Positions 20,653-29,753 of a stretch of DNA of 64,000 nt are shown here, piece after piece; within the stretch, counting starts at the first letter, position 1; every line of letters begins with the position of its first letter. A program made the position numbers and the translations under genes. Below the pieces are notes generated by a model, which saw only the letters and a list, made by a program, of their open reading frames with translations, had not been told where the DNA came from and made no database searches. This DNA is from an uncultured bacterium (lineage in GTDB: Bacteria > Cloacimonadota > Cloacimonadia > Cloacimonadales > TCS61): the NCBI GenBank assembly GCA_965370415.1, contig CBDUTJ010000008.1, forward strand, positions 9,010-73,009, in the 5' to 3' direction.

Positions 20653-21150
20653 TTGTTTACTTATTTCCTTAAATTAAACTCTCTTCTTTAAGTCTCATTG
20701 AAAATACATTACATATTATTATACTTTGCTTTTTATATAAGTTTTTAACCTATCAGAGCATGAAATAAGAGAGAAATACTATTCTCACTAAAAAGTCTCC
20801 TAAACGGTCGCTTTTGAGACTGGAAAAACCATCAAATGAAGTTCATCTTATGAATTCACATTAAATTAAGAAGAACTTTTTTGGAAGATAATTTGTCAGC
20901 TGTAGTTTTATACTCTATCGAAAAGATAAAGCAAAATAGATACATTTATTATCAACTGAACGGGATTTTTGAAGTAAAAGGAAGCTAGACCGCTTCCCTT
21001 TACTTCACCAACAACATCATCCCTTGCCTTTATATGTTTTTCAGACCTATAAATTAGCGCTTCAATATTGATTTTGTAAGATATTTTTATTGACATATAA
21101 TTATTAACTATTTTAAAGAGAAACGTCTAATTCTAAAAAAAAATGTACTT

Positions 21151-21194
21151 TAAGTGTAATGTTATTAAGCTTAGATGTAAGGATATTATATTGC
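21151..21194 (-). repeat. 44-bp repeat, copy C (right arm of the inverted repeat)
   Basis: taagtgtaatgttattaagcttagatgtaaggatattatattgc; reverse complement matches copy B at 42/44; separated from B by 498 bp. Confidence 0.85.
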
Positions 21195-21522
21195 GATGTT
21201 ATGTATCAGCATTACCTACAGATTTGATAATGGGAGGTAAAGAATTATTCAAATGACGAGTGACAAGAACAGCCCTTACGAGCTTACAACAAACGAATTC
21301 GTCAGTACAGAGCATTATTCAAGAAGGAGTAACAATAGCATTATCCAAAATACTCATTATTTTTTATGCAACTAGGGCACACATTATCCGATGCATTTTT
21401 ATTTCTCTCTATTATTTTTTATGAGTTATTAAAATTATTTTTGTTTTTATTTGTTACAGAAAATTTTACTTAATTTATGATGATCTCAATTTTTTTAATA
21501 ATAATATGAAGTATAAATATAA

Positions 21523-23070
21523 ATGAATAATAAAACTAGCTCGGTTCTGAAAATTTATCAGAATATTAGCGCAATAGTTGGATTAATCTCAGGTATAATT
21601 GCAATAGTTGTGTATATTAAAAAATTGAAAACCTTTTATTTAATTATCTTCATTGCTATATTCATATTATCTTTTCTTATCTTTTATCTTTTATTTAAAT
21701 GTTATAAAAGCTTAAAACTACGTATATCATTTTCAGAGAAAAGAATTCCCATTTCGATGCACTCAAACTGGAATGTCAATTCTGAGAGATTAAAATTATT
21801 AGTTGAGGGTTTCGATTTCTCACTTTTAAAGAAAATAGAAATTTCATCTTTAATCCTTTTGATTGCTGATCGTCTCGATACCGAAGCGTGGTCAAAAACT
21901 TTAGTTGCCAGATTTATTAAGAATAAAAAATCGTTATCTCCTGTTGGGAGCCTTACGGGAACTTATATGGTATTGGAATCTCTTAGATTTTATAATTATC
22001 ATAATAATCAAAACTTAATAAGAAATCTATCAACTCTATTAACAAGTGTTTTCACCAATGATGGTACAGTCATTCATAGTTATGAACCGACTTCAGCTGG
22101 TGGTAACCAGATTAAACCAGAAGTATTACGTCATTTCAGCGGATTTTTTTTAATACGTCCCTTCATCAATAATGAACCCACAAAATCTGATATTTTACTG
22201 TTTAATAATATTTGTAAGGATTTGGAAAGTAGGATAAAAAAAAAAGAGGAGAAGGATTTACAGGAAACAGCTTTTGCAATTGAGGCAGTATTAAAAGGTA
22301 TATATTGGATAAAGGACCATGAGAAATCTAATATTGAAATTATCAAGAGTAGTTTAGATTTTATGATTGACCTTGAGCAACTGTCAGTGCCTGGTCATAT
22401 CGCTTGGAGTGAAGAACCAGGTGCAGCTGCCGCAAGCAACACAGCTTCTCAATGGGTAGTAGCATGGCTGCTTTCAAGTTTAGTGTCCTGGAAAGAAATA
22501 CAGAAAAGTAAGAGAATTATGCTAGCGGACAGATTATTAAATTTAATTGAATTAAATATGTCCTCAGTTCCTGACAATAAAAGACTTCTACCGCATTCGT
22601 TTACTGGGGGAATAATACGAAATCCAAGTGGAGAGTCTATGCTAGCAACCAGTATTGCTTTATACATTTCAATACTAATATATACTGTATTTAAAGATAA
22701 AAATATTTTTATCCGATCTGAAAACTGTATTCTAAATTTATTAAATAGAATAAATGCTTATGGGTTACAATATACTACTATTGATTGTTTAGATGGACCA
22801 ATGGAAGGATATTTAGCTTGGTCGGCAAATCTTCTCGGTTTGAGACCACTTTTCTATAATAATAATGAAAAGCTTAAGGCGGTCAATACACTAAAACAAG
22901 TGATCTTTTTTAGTGAAGAAAATAAAAAGTTCACACAGAATGTATTTAGTGAACGTGAAAAAGATACTTTAATGAGATCGATAAAAAAAATAAATGAAAT
23001 TTATTATGATGCAAATGCTAAAATATATAAAAATGGATTATTTCAACCATTAGGTGAGATTATCAACTAG
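21523..23070 (+). CDS. Membrane-anchored hypothetical protein (two N-terminal TM helices plus large helical domain)
   Basis: 515-aa ORF. TM helices ISAIVGLISGIIAIVVYI and FYLIIFIAIFILSFLIFYLLF. The remainder is predicted helical with recurrent aromatic/Ala-Leu pairs (SQWVVAWLLSSL, GYLAWSANLLGL). No catalytic motif seen. Confidence 0.55.
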   Translation: MNNKTSSVLKIYQNISAIVGLISGIIAIVVYIKKLKTFYLIIFIAIFILSFLIFYLLFKCYKSLKLRISFSEKRIPISMHSNWNVNSERLKLLVEGFDFSLLKKIEISSLILLIADRLDTEAWSKTLVARFIKNKKSLSPVGSLTGTYMVLESLRFYNYHNNQNLIRNLSTLLTSVFTNDGTVIHSYEPTSAGGNQIKPEVLRHFSGFFLIRPFINNEPTKSDILLFNNICKDLESRIKKKEEKDLQETAFAIEAVLKGIYWIKDHEKSNIEIIKSSLDFMIDLEQLSVPGHIAWSEEPGAAAASNTASQWVVAWLLSSLVSWKEIQKSKRIMLADRLLNLIELNMSSVPDNKRLLPHSFTGGIIRNPSGESMLATSIALYISILIYTVFKDKNIFIRSENCILNLLNRINAYGLQYTTIDCLDGPMEGYLAWSANLLGLRPLFYNNNEKLKAVNTLKQVIFFSEENKKFTQNVFSEREKDTLMRSIKKINEIYYDANAKIYKNGLFQPLGEIIN

Positions 23071-23827
23071 TATTTCTAGCAATAATCATATGATTACAAT
23101 GAGTATGCTTATAGGGTCTAAAATGAGGATGAGCAGGATTGTGCCAGAGTTTTACTTTTTTATCTATTATCTCAAGATCAGTTGGGGCAAGAAAATCATC
23201 AATTTCATTTTCATGTAGAAAACGAAAATAGTAATCTATAATTTCTCCATCACCATTTTTGAAAGAATAAATATATTCTCTTCTTTTAATACCATCGGAA
23301 AGTTGCTTCATTTCGAGTTTATGTGCTTCGCTACTAATTATCTCATCTTCAATATTAAAAAGACTAAAATAAATAATTCCATTCTTTTTTACAACACGTT
23401 TTAATTCATCAAATATTTTATATGGATTTCTATTATGATTTATAACATCAATACAAATTGCTGCATCGAAATGATTATCAATAAAGGGCATCTTTTCAAC
23501 TGGACATTGTATTAGACAAAATTCTTGAACTCTTTCTTTAGTTAAGTTGTTATATTTAATTAATTCTTTGTTACGGAGAATAACTTCTTTTTGGCAAACC
23601 TGTAATGCTGAAGGAGAGCTATCACAACCTACACAATAAAACTCTGGAACTCTAATTAATGCAGCAAGATTTTTACCGTCTCCACAACCTGCGTCTAATA
23701 TTCTTATGACGCTTTCTTCTCTAGCAATTGAAACAAAATCTTCAATTTCAGGATTCTGAGACCAAAGTACTTCATTATCAATAAGTTTTTTATAAGTATC
23801 TTCCCATTCAGAATTGCAATTTCTCAT
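23063..23827 (-). CDS. Class I SAM-dependent methyltransferase
   Basis: Motif I ILDAGCGDGKNL and post-I VGCDSS. ATGA overlap with the upstream ABC ATPase gene. Confidence 0.75.
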   Translation of the reverse strand: MRNCNSEWEDTYKKLIDNEVLWSQNPEIEDFVSIAREESVIRILDAGCGDGKNLAALIRVPEFYCVGCDSSPSALQVCQKEVILRNKELIKYNNLTKERVQEFCLIQCPVEKMPFIDNHFDAAICIDVINHNRNPYKIFDELKRVVKKNGIIYFSLFNIEDEIISSEAHKLEMKQLSDGIKRREYIYSFKNGDGEIIDYYFRFLHENEIDDFLAPTDLEIIDKKVKLWHNPAHPHFRPYKHTHCNHMIIARNTS

Positions 23828-24603
23828 ATTATTTCCAATTTTTTTTCATATAGTTGTTTAAACAGTATTTTTAATTCTCTCTCAGAGAAGTTATTACTAT
23901 TCCGATGAAACTCAGAATATAGTTTACCTTTATGAAGTACGATAATTCGGTCAGCATTTTCAATTGCTTCTTTATGCTGATGTGTAACAATTAAAGCACT
24001 TAACTTATTTTCTTTGATATATGACATTACAAGATTTGAGACTTGTATAACCATTTGTGGATCTAAAGATGCTGTAAATTCATCCAATAATAGTATATTT
24101 GGATTTCTTAAGGTAGCTAAACAAAATGATAAAACTTGTCTTTCACCTCCAGAAAGATTTCCTACAGGTTCAGATAGCCGATTCTCAAATCCAATATTAA
24201 ATTGAGATACAATTTTTCTTACTTTTTTACTATTTCTTATTCTTGGAAAAAACCAATTTATTTCCTTTGATTGAGACAATCCAAATAAAATATGATCAAT
24301 AATGTTCATTTCGTTCACAAGAGCTTCTTCACTATTTTGTGGTACAACACCTAAATATTTGGCTCGTTTATATGGTTCAGTAGAAAGTAAATCAATTTTT
24401 TGAAATGAATTAATTTGTATATGTCCAGAATCCGGTAGGACTTGACCTTGAATTATATCTAAGAGAGTAGTTTTCCCTGAACCATTTGGACCAATTAAAT
24501 ATACTATTTCATTTTCGTTAACTTCGAGTTTTGGTATATCCAAAATGAAATTATCTCTCCCTCGCTTAACATATGTTTTTTTTAGATTTTCAATAACAAT
24601 CAT
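23824..24603 (-). CDS. ABC transporter ATP-binding protein
   Basis: Walker A GPNGSGKTT, signature LSGGERQ, Walker B ILLLDEF, H-loop VTHQ. Confidence 0.9.
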   Translation of the reverse strand: MIVIENLKKTYVKRGRDNFILDIPKLEVNENEIVYLIGPNGSGKTTLLDIIQGQVLPDSGHIQINSFQKIDLLSTEPYKRAKYLGVVPQNSEEALVNEMNIIDHILFGLSQSKEINWFFPRIRNSKKVRKIVSQFNIGFENRLSEPVGNLSGGERQVLSFCLATLRNPNILLLDEFTASLDPQMVIQVSNLVMSYIKENKLSALIVTHQHKEAIENADRIIVLHKGKLYSEFHRNSNNFSERELKILFKQLYEKKLEII

Positions 24604-24606
24604 TAT

Positions 24607-25515
24607 TTAATCCAAACCAAAAGTGTCCATTCCACGACGCATAGTTTCTTTTTTTCTAGTTTTAGTTGCAATTGTAATACTAACAAGAACTATTAACGTG
24701 CTTATCAAACGAAAATCCTGAGCCTTAACGCCAATTTCCAAGGCAAATTGCATAAGTAGCATATATAGAAGAGAGCCTATCAAACTGGCTGCAATTAGAT
24801 TTTTAGTATTAGATTTTCGAAAAATTACCATTCCTACAAAAAGAGCTGCTACTGCTACAATAACTTGCCCAACACCCATATGAATATCAGCACTATATGA
24901 TTTTTGTGCTATTAAAGCACCTGATAATGCAATTAAGGCATTGGCTAAACCCAATCCTAAAAAAACTTTCCTTGGTGAGATTCCATGCAGTGAAGCAACT
25001 TTTGGATTTGCACCAGCAACCCTAAGAGTTAGACCAGATCTTGATTCAAGATAGGTATAAATAATAAAGAAAACTATAATTGTAATCACAGCAAAAATTA
25101 AAAAAACATATAAAGCCCATTCGCTTCCTAAAGTTGATGGTAGAACTTTAAATATACTGCGATCTCTATATACTTGTAGATTGGGTCGACCAAGAATTCT
25201 TAAATTAATAGTATATAATGCCATCATCATCAAAACACCGGAAAGTATTTTTGGCACTCGTAAATAACGATACATAGAATATGTGATCATGCCTGCTATC
25301 GTACCCGCTATCATTGAAATAGGCATAGCAATCCATACTGAAAAGCCTACGGATATAAGCTTAGCCGTAATTACTGCTCCTAAAGTAAATGAACCATCAC
25401 CCGTTAAATCCGGAAATTTTATCCAACGAAAAGCAATAGCTACTCCTAAAGTAAAGAAGGAAAATGCTAATCCCTGAGATAAAGCAGATAGTAATTTGTA
25501 TGTTAATTCTTCTAT
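24607..25515 (-). CDS. ABC transporter permease (no canonical start codon; ATG-limited ORF is 24607..25326)
   Basis: The listed ORF starts at MPISM, but the same frame is open for 64 more codons up to the SBP stop. Those codons encode clear permease N-terminal sequence (..LSQGLAFSFFTLGVAIAFRWIKFPDLTGDGSFTLGAVITAKL..). No ATG/GTG/TTG occurs in that stretch. ATA at 25515..25513 lies 6 nt after a GGAG. Confidence 0.6.
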   Translation of the reverse strand: MEELTYKLLSALSQGLAFSFFTLGVAIAFRWIKFPDLTGDGSFTLGAVITAKLISVGFSVWIAMPISMIAGTIAGMITYSMYRYLRVPKILSGVLMMMALYTINLRILGRPNLQVYRDRSIFKVLPSTLGSEWALYVFLIFAVITIIVFFIIYTYLESRSGLTLRVAGANPKVASLHGISPRKVFLGLGLANALIALSGALIAQKSYSADIHMGVGQVIVAVAALFVGMVIFRKSNTKNLIAASLIGSLLYMLLMQFALEIGVKAQDFRLISTLIVLVSITIATKTRKKETMRRGMDTFGLD

Positions 25516-25518
25516 TTT

Positions 25519-26532
25519 CTACTCCATATATGGATTTTTAATTTCTTTTTCATTTTCAAACCAAGTGTGAACTGTTTCCTTCAATTCATCAGACAATTCT
25601 AATCCTAATTTTTTTGCTGTACCTTCATTCCAATAAAAATAAGGATTTTCAGCAAATGCTATAGGGATTTTGGCAGGATCTTCTCCTTCGAGTATTCTTA
25701 ATGTAATACGGGCTGCAATTAGAGACAATTCTTCATAGCTAACACCAAAAGAAAACAAAGCTCCTTTTTTCACATCCTCTTTAGTGCATGTCATTACTGG
25801 TATTTTATTATCTTTGGCAATCTCTAATAGAGATGGTAGTGCAGTTATAACGGTATTATCTGTAGTTACATAAATCACATCAGCTTTACCAACCAATGCT
25901 GTTGTTGAAGTAGAAACTTCTGAAGTTCCGGTAACCGGTCGCTCAACTAATTTATATCCCATTTCTTTTACAATAGGTCTCACTCTATTCATCAAGGCAA
26001 TTGAATTATCTTCACCGGAATTATACACTGCACCAATAGTTTTAACATTTGGAAGAACTTTTTTCAGCATTTCAAATTGAGATCTCACGGGAGGAAAATC
26101 TGTTGAAGCTGCATAATTCCTTCCGGAAGCTTCCCAAGAATCTGCCATTTTAGCCGTAACAGGATCCGTAACAGCTCCTTGAACAATGGGAATTGTAGTT
26201 GTCCTTTGAACGATTGCCTGTGCAGCAGGTGTTCCTAACACATAAATTAAATCCGGCTTTTCGGCAATTAATTTGTCTGCAATCTGATTTACTAAATTTA
26301 CATCGTTATGAGCATCTTCATAAGGTAGAATTTTTACCTTATTTTTTTTCGCAAATTTCGAATTCAGTATTTCATCTTCAAAAACTTCTCTCATATTTTG
26401 AATTAATTCGTAATCCACAATTTGAAATACTGCGATCTCAATTTCCGATTGCTCACTCTTTTTCCTATCACATGATAAGAAAAACAAAATTGATAATATT
26501 GCTAATATTATCACAACTTTCATTTTATTCAT
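25519..26532 (-). CDS. ABC transporter substrate-binding lipoprotein
   Basis: Signal peptide with lipobox MNKMKVVIILAILSILFFLSC. Alternating beta-alpha pattern of a periplasmic binding protein. Lies immediately upstream of the permease and ATPase. Confidence 0.7.
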   Translation of the reverse strand: MNKMKVVIILAILSILFFLSCDRKKSEQSEIEIAVFQIVDYELIQNMREVFEDEILNSKFAKKNKVKILPYEDAHNDVNLVNQIADKLIAEKPDLIYVLGTPAAQAIVQRTTTIPIVQGAVTDPVTAKMADSWEASGRNYAASTDFPPVRSQFEMLKKVLPNVKTIGAVYNSGEDNSIALMNRVRPIVKEMGYKLVERPVTGTSEVSTSTTALVGKADVIYVTTDNTVITALPSLLEIAKDNKIPVMTCTKEDVKKGALFSFGVSYEELSLIAARITLRILEGEDPAKIPIAFAENPYFYWNEGTAKKLGLELSDELKETVHTWFENEKEIKNPYME

Positions 26533-26535
26533 TAT

Positions 26536-27705
26536 TTACCTCCCATTATTTCTATATTTTATTTCAATTTCATATTTAAATGAATCTTTAGTTTTCTCAT
26601 TCAAATTATCCATATCTTCAAAATTTGGAGATTCCTGACTCTTATAAATAGCTGATTCAGCGGCTAACTCCATTTCTTCTAATAGATAACCAGCAATAGT
26701 AGCATTTTGAATTTTTGTTGCGATTACATCAACATTGATAATATTATTATTGTTTTCATTATTTTTTGGTGCAATGAATTCGATTTCATTTTCTTCATTG
26801 AGCACCTTAATTGGAAGTCCAAATGTATTTATGAAATAGATTATATCATCAATTATGATTAATTCATATTTGAATTCTGGTTTTACCCAGTGAATATTAC
26901 AAGAATTACTTCTTGCTTTATTAATCATATGTATTGATGTAAATACTGCTTCACCAATTTGTTTATTTGTATATTTTTGTTTTGTATTAGTATCGTCCAG
27001 TTTATAGCTTTGATAAAAGTTAAGAATTTCTTCAGCATTCAAAATAAACAAAGTTGTTTCAATACCCCTGCCACGAATAGCAATCAGATTTTCCAAAGAA
27101 TTACGAAATTCTTTAGAAATCTGACCTCCGGCAGATAAAGAACCAAAATCTAGACCAGGAAATGCCCAAGCAAACTTAAATTTACATCTATCCATATCTT
27201 GTTTCAAAGATTCCATCAAATACGTTAAATCCATAATTGGTATTTTTTCATGATACAATCCCCAGAAAGCTATAAACAAACCAGTACAAGTGATATATAT
27301 AGCAAAAAAATTAGCAATTATAGTATCATATTCAATTTCATCAGCTTCGAATCGGAGAAATAATGAAATGAAATAAATTAAACTTAACAAAACACCAAAT
27401 ATTGCTCCTAATATTAATGGACGAATAATTTTTTGTAACCATAGATCAAAAGATATTTTAAAATTTGCTTTGTCCATAAACCCACTGGCAATTTTATATA
27501 GACATAACAAAAGAATAACCATAAGCGACGATATTATTATACCTATCCAATTCCTTAGACAACCTACATTACGATTTATGAAAGCGTTAATGATTGAAAA
27601 AATAAAAAAATACAAAATGATAACGGATGTTGGAAACAAAATTAACCTATTAAAATATTTGCGAGCTCCCTCAGGACTAACTAACGTTCTTTCACTTCTC
27701 CCCAT
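26536..27705 (-). CDS. Polytopic membrane protein with C-terminal soluble domain, function unknown
   Basis: 389-aa ORF with about five hydrophobic helices in the first ~170 aa. 3-nt gap to the SBP gene. No motif recognised. Confidence 0.6.
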   Translation of the reverse strand: MGRSERTLVSPEGARKYFNRLILFPTSVIILYFFIFSIINAFINRNVGCLRNWIGIIISSLMVILLLCLYKIASGFMDKANFKISFDLWLQKIIRPLILGAIFGVLLSLIYFISLFLRFEADEIEYDTIIANFFAIYITCTGLFIAFWGLYHEKIPIMDLTYLMESLKQDMDRCKFKFAWAFPGLDFGSLSAGGQISKEFRNSLENLIAIRGRGIETTLFILNAEEILNFYQSYKLDDTNTKQKYTNKQIGEAVFTSIHMINKARSNSCNIHWVKPEFKYELIIIDDIIYFINTFGLPIKVLNEENEIEFIAPKNNENNNNIINVDVIATKIQNATIAGYLLEEMELAAESAIYKSQESPNFEDMDNLNEKTKDSFKYEIEIKYRNNGR

Positions 27706-27735
27706 ACAATCCTCATTATTTTTATTATAACAATA

Positions 27736-29175
27736 TTAATTCGAATCCCAACCAAATTTTAAGAATTTCTTTTTGTAAGAAACAGAATTTATATATTCAA
27801 TAGCTTCTTCTTGTATATTACGCATTATTTGCGGGTTAAAAACTTCATTTGCCAAATTTCCAGTCATTACGTTACAGTCGTCATAATTGCCAACTCTAAA
27901 GTCCTTCAATTTATTCCAAAAAGGTGTGCCGGGGAATATTGTAAGAATCCACGGCATTACAAAATCAGCGCCGAAGTCTTTTAACATTTTCCCAAATTCA
28001 ATATCAGTTTTAATATCCTCTAATGTTTGTGAAGGATGACCAATAATTAATCCAATATCCACCTTAATGCCCCTGTTCTCTAACTTTTTTATAGTTTTCA
28101 CAATTTCCCGATTATTAAAAGAACTAATTGCTTTTGGCTTATTTAATACATAGAATCTAAAATCAGGATTACTCGATTCTAAGGCAAGATAAATTTTTTC
28201 ACATTTTGAATCTGCCATTAAATCAATCAATTCGTCATCAATTTGATTAGGTGCAATTCCGTGTACTTGATGCCAACTAAAATTGTATTGGTTATATAAT
28301 TTAATAAGTTGTTTAATACGGCTTTTATTAAAAAATCCAATATCATCCTCGTTTAATATTAGTTGATAACCTTTTTCTTTAAGCTCAGAAAATAATGTAT
28401 CAATCTGATGAATCGAATGAGTTCTATATGGGGTTCCTCTATTACCTGTAGCACAGAAATTACAATTATAGATACATCCTCTTTCAGTAACTATATCAAT
28501 AAATTTCTCATTTGAAACTCCATTATGAAAAAGAAGGTTCTCATATAATGTTTCATCTAATAATTCCAGATTATATATTGGAGATTTTTCAAGTTGCTCA
28601 ACATAACATTTTTCATTATTTAGAATAATTTTTACATCTTGCTTATAACCAAATGATTTTATTTCATTAAATGCCTTTTTGCCTTTTAACGCAAAGAAAA
28701 AGTCATTTAAACAATTTTCCTCACCTAAAAATACATAATCAATGCAAGCATTTCTCAGAGTTTCTTCCGGTAATGCAGAAACATGTAATCCACCAACACC
28801 AACAAGGATTTTATTAGAAACTTCTTTCACAAGTGATGCACATTCAATCATTGAAGAGTGTTGGCAAGTAAATTGATTTGAAAAAAGAACTATATCAGGC
28901 GCATACTTAACAATTTCTTTTTTAAATTCTGTAGGTGTTAAACCAAATCGGATTTTACCATTTTCAAGTTTTGTGTCATTTATAAAATTCTTGGCTGTCG
29001 CATCCAGAATTTCAGTATCAATGCCTAAAACTTGTATGAGATAAGTTCCAAGTGTAAGAAGTGAAACAGGGTGACCACCTCTTTTTAATTCCCAGGGAAA
29101 CCTTTTTGAATACGGGTTAACTAATAATACCTTTGGACTTTTCATGACATTCAAAGTATACATAGCTATTTCCAT
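27736..29175 (-). CDS. Cobalamin(B12)-binding-domain radical SAM enzyme (class B rSAM)
   Basis: CxxxCxxC triad in ERGCIYNCNFCATG. N-terminal Rossmann-like region (KVLLVNPY..LLTLGTYL..ILDA..DIVLFS) as in B12-binding rSAM proteins. Confidence 0.75.
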   Translation of the reverse strand: MEIAMYTLNVMKSPKVLLVNPYSKRFPWELKRGGHPVSLLTLGTYLIQVLGIDTEILDATAKNFINDTKLENGKIRFGLTPTEFKKEIVKYAPDIVLFSNQFTCQHSSMIECASLVKEVSNKILVGVGGLHVSALPEETLRNACIDYVFLGEENCLNDFFFALKGKKAFNEIKSFGYKQDVKIILNNEKCYVEQLEKSPIYNLELLDETLYENLLFHNGVSNEKFIDIVTERGCIYNCNFCATGNRGTPYRTHSIHQIDTLFSELKEKGYQLILNEDDIGFFNKSRIKQLIKLYNQYNFSWHQVHGIAPNQIDDELIDLMADSKCEKIYLALESSNPDFRFYVLNKPKAISSFNNREIVKTIKKLENRGIKVDIGLIIGHPSQTLEDIKTDIEFGKMLKDFGADFVMPWILTIFPGTPFWNKLKDFRVGNYDDCNVMTGNLANEVFNPQIMRNIQEEAIEYINSVSYKKKFLKFGWDSN

Positions 29176-29753
29176 TTAATAACAAAGCACATTTCAGCAC
29201 CACTTGGCAAATTTGGATCATCCCGAATAATATGATCAAGAATTTTAAAGTCACCTAATGCAGTTTTTAATTCTCTGTAAACATCAGTAATTTTTCGAGT
29301 ATGCATAAAATCAAAAAATATTGGTTCTTCAACATCCGGATAATCACGAATTGGTACAACAAGATAAAGTCCTTCACGACATAATTTACGTATTGATTGA
29401 AGGAAATGTATTGGATTGTATGTATGTTCTAAAGAATGGGCTGAATAAGCAAAGTCAAATTCGTTTTCAGTAAAATACTGTTCGAGTTTATTGATGTCTC
29501 CGAGAATCTGTTTATTTGTTGGTAGAATATCAATTCCAATAGCATTAAATTCATTCTTCTCGAAATCTTCCACTTCAATATCATGACGGCAACCTAAACA
29601 TACGCAACGTTTACCCTTAAAGCGCTTTTTAATGATTTGTATGTCTTTTAGTCGCAATTTTTTTTTTTGTATTGTCCAAGGAATACGGGGTTCATTTGTC
29701 TTATATTGAATATCTAAATATTCTTTGTATGATTTATAATTATAACATTTCAC
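29166..29753 (-). CDS. Small SAM-dependent methyltransferase-like protein
   Basis: CVCLGCRHD (motif I-like), AIGIDI (post-I) and DFAYSAHSLEH (Methyltransf_11-like motif). 10-nt overlap with the rSAM gene start. Confidence 0.55.
   Translation of the reverse strand: MKCYNYKSYKEYLDIQYKTNEPRIPWTIQKKKLRLKDIQIIKKRFKGKRCVCLGCRHDIEVEDFEKNEFNAIGIDILPTNKQILGDINKLEQYFTENEFDFAYSAHSLEHTYNPIHFLQSIRKLCREGLYLVVPIRDYPDVEEPIFFDFMHTRKITDVYRELKTALGDFKILDHIIRDDPNLPSGAEMCFVIKWK

Noticed and set aside
20908-21096. 62-aa ORF inside the inverted-repeat-bounded 498-bp segment.
   Set aside because: There is no SD, and the translation is hydrophobic and low-complexity. The ORF spans a 15-bp-stem hairpin. It is more likely non-coding, though it should be re-examined if the segment proves invertible.
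25283-25477. 64-aa plus-strand ORF between the SBP and the listed permease start.
   Set aside because: It is antisense to sequence that clearly encodes the conserved permease N-terminus in the minus frame.
25519-25521. Alternative genetic code (TAG as a sense codon) to explain the in-frame SBP-permease junction.
   Set aside because: Long ORFs throughout the window are intact under the standard code, and TAG serves as an apparent terminator elsewhere (the 515-aa gene ends ..atcaac TAG at 23068-23070). A local start-codon anomaly or mutation is more likely.
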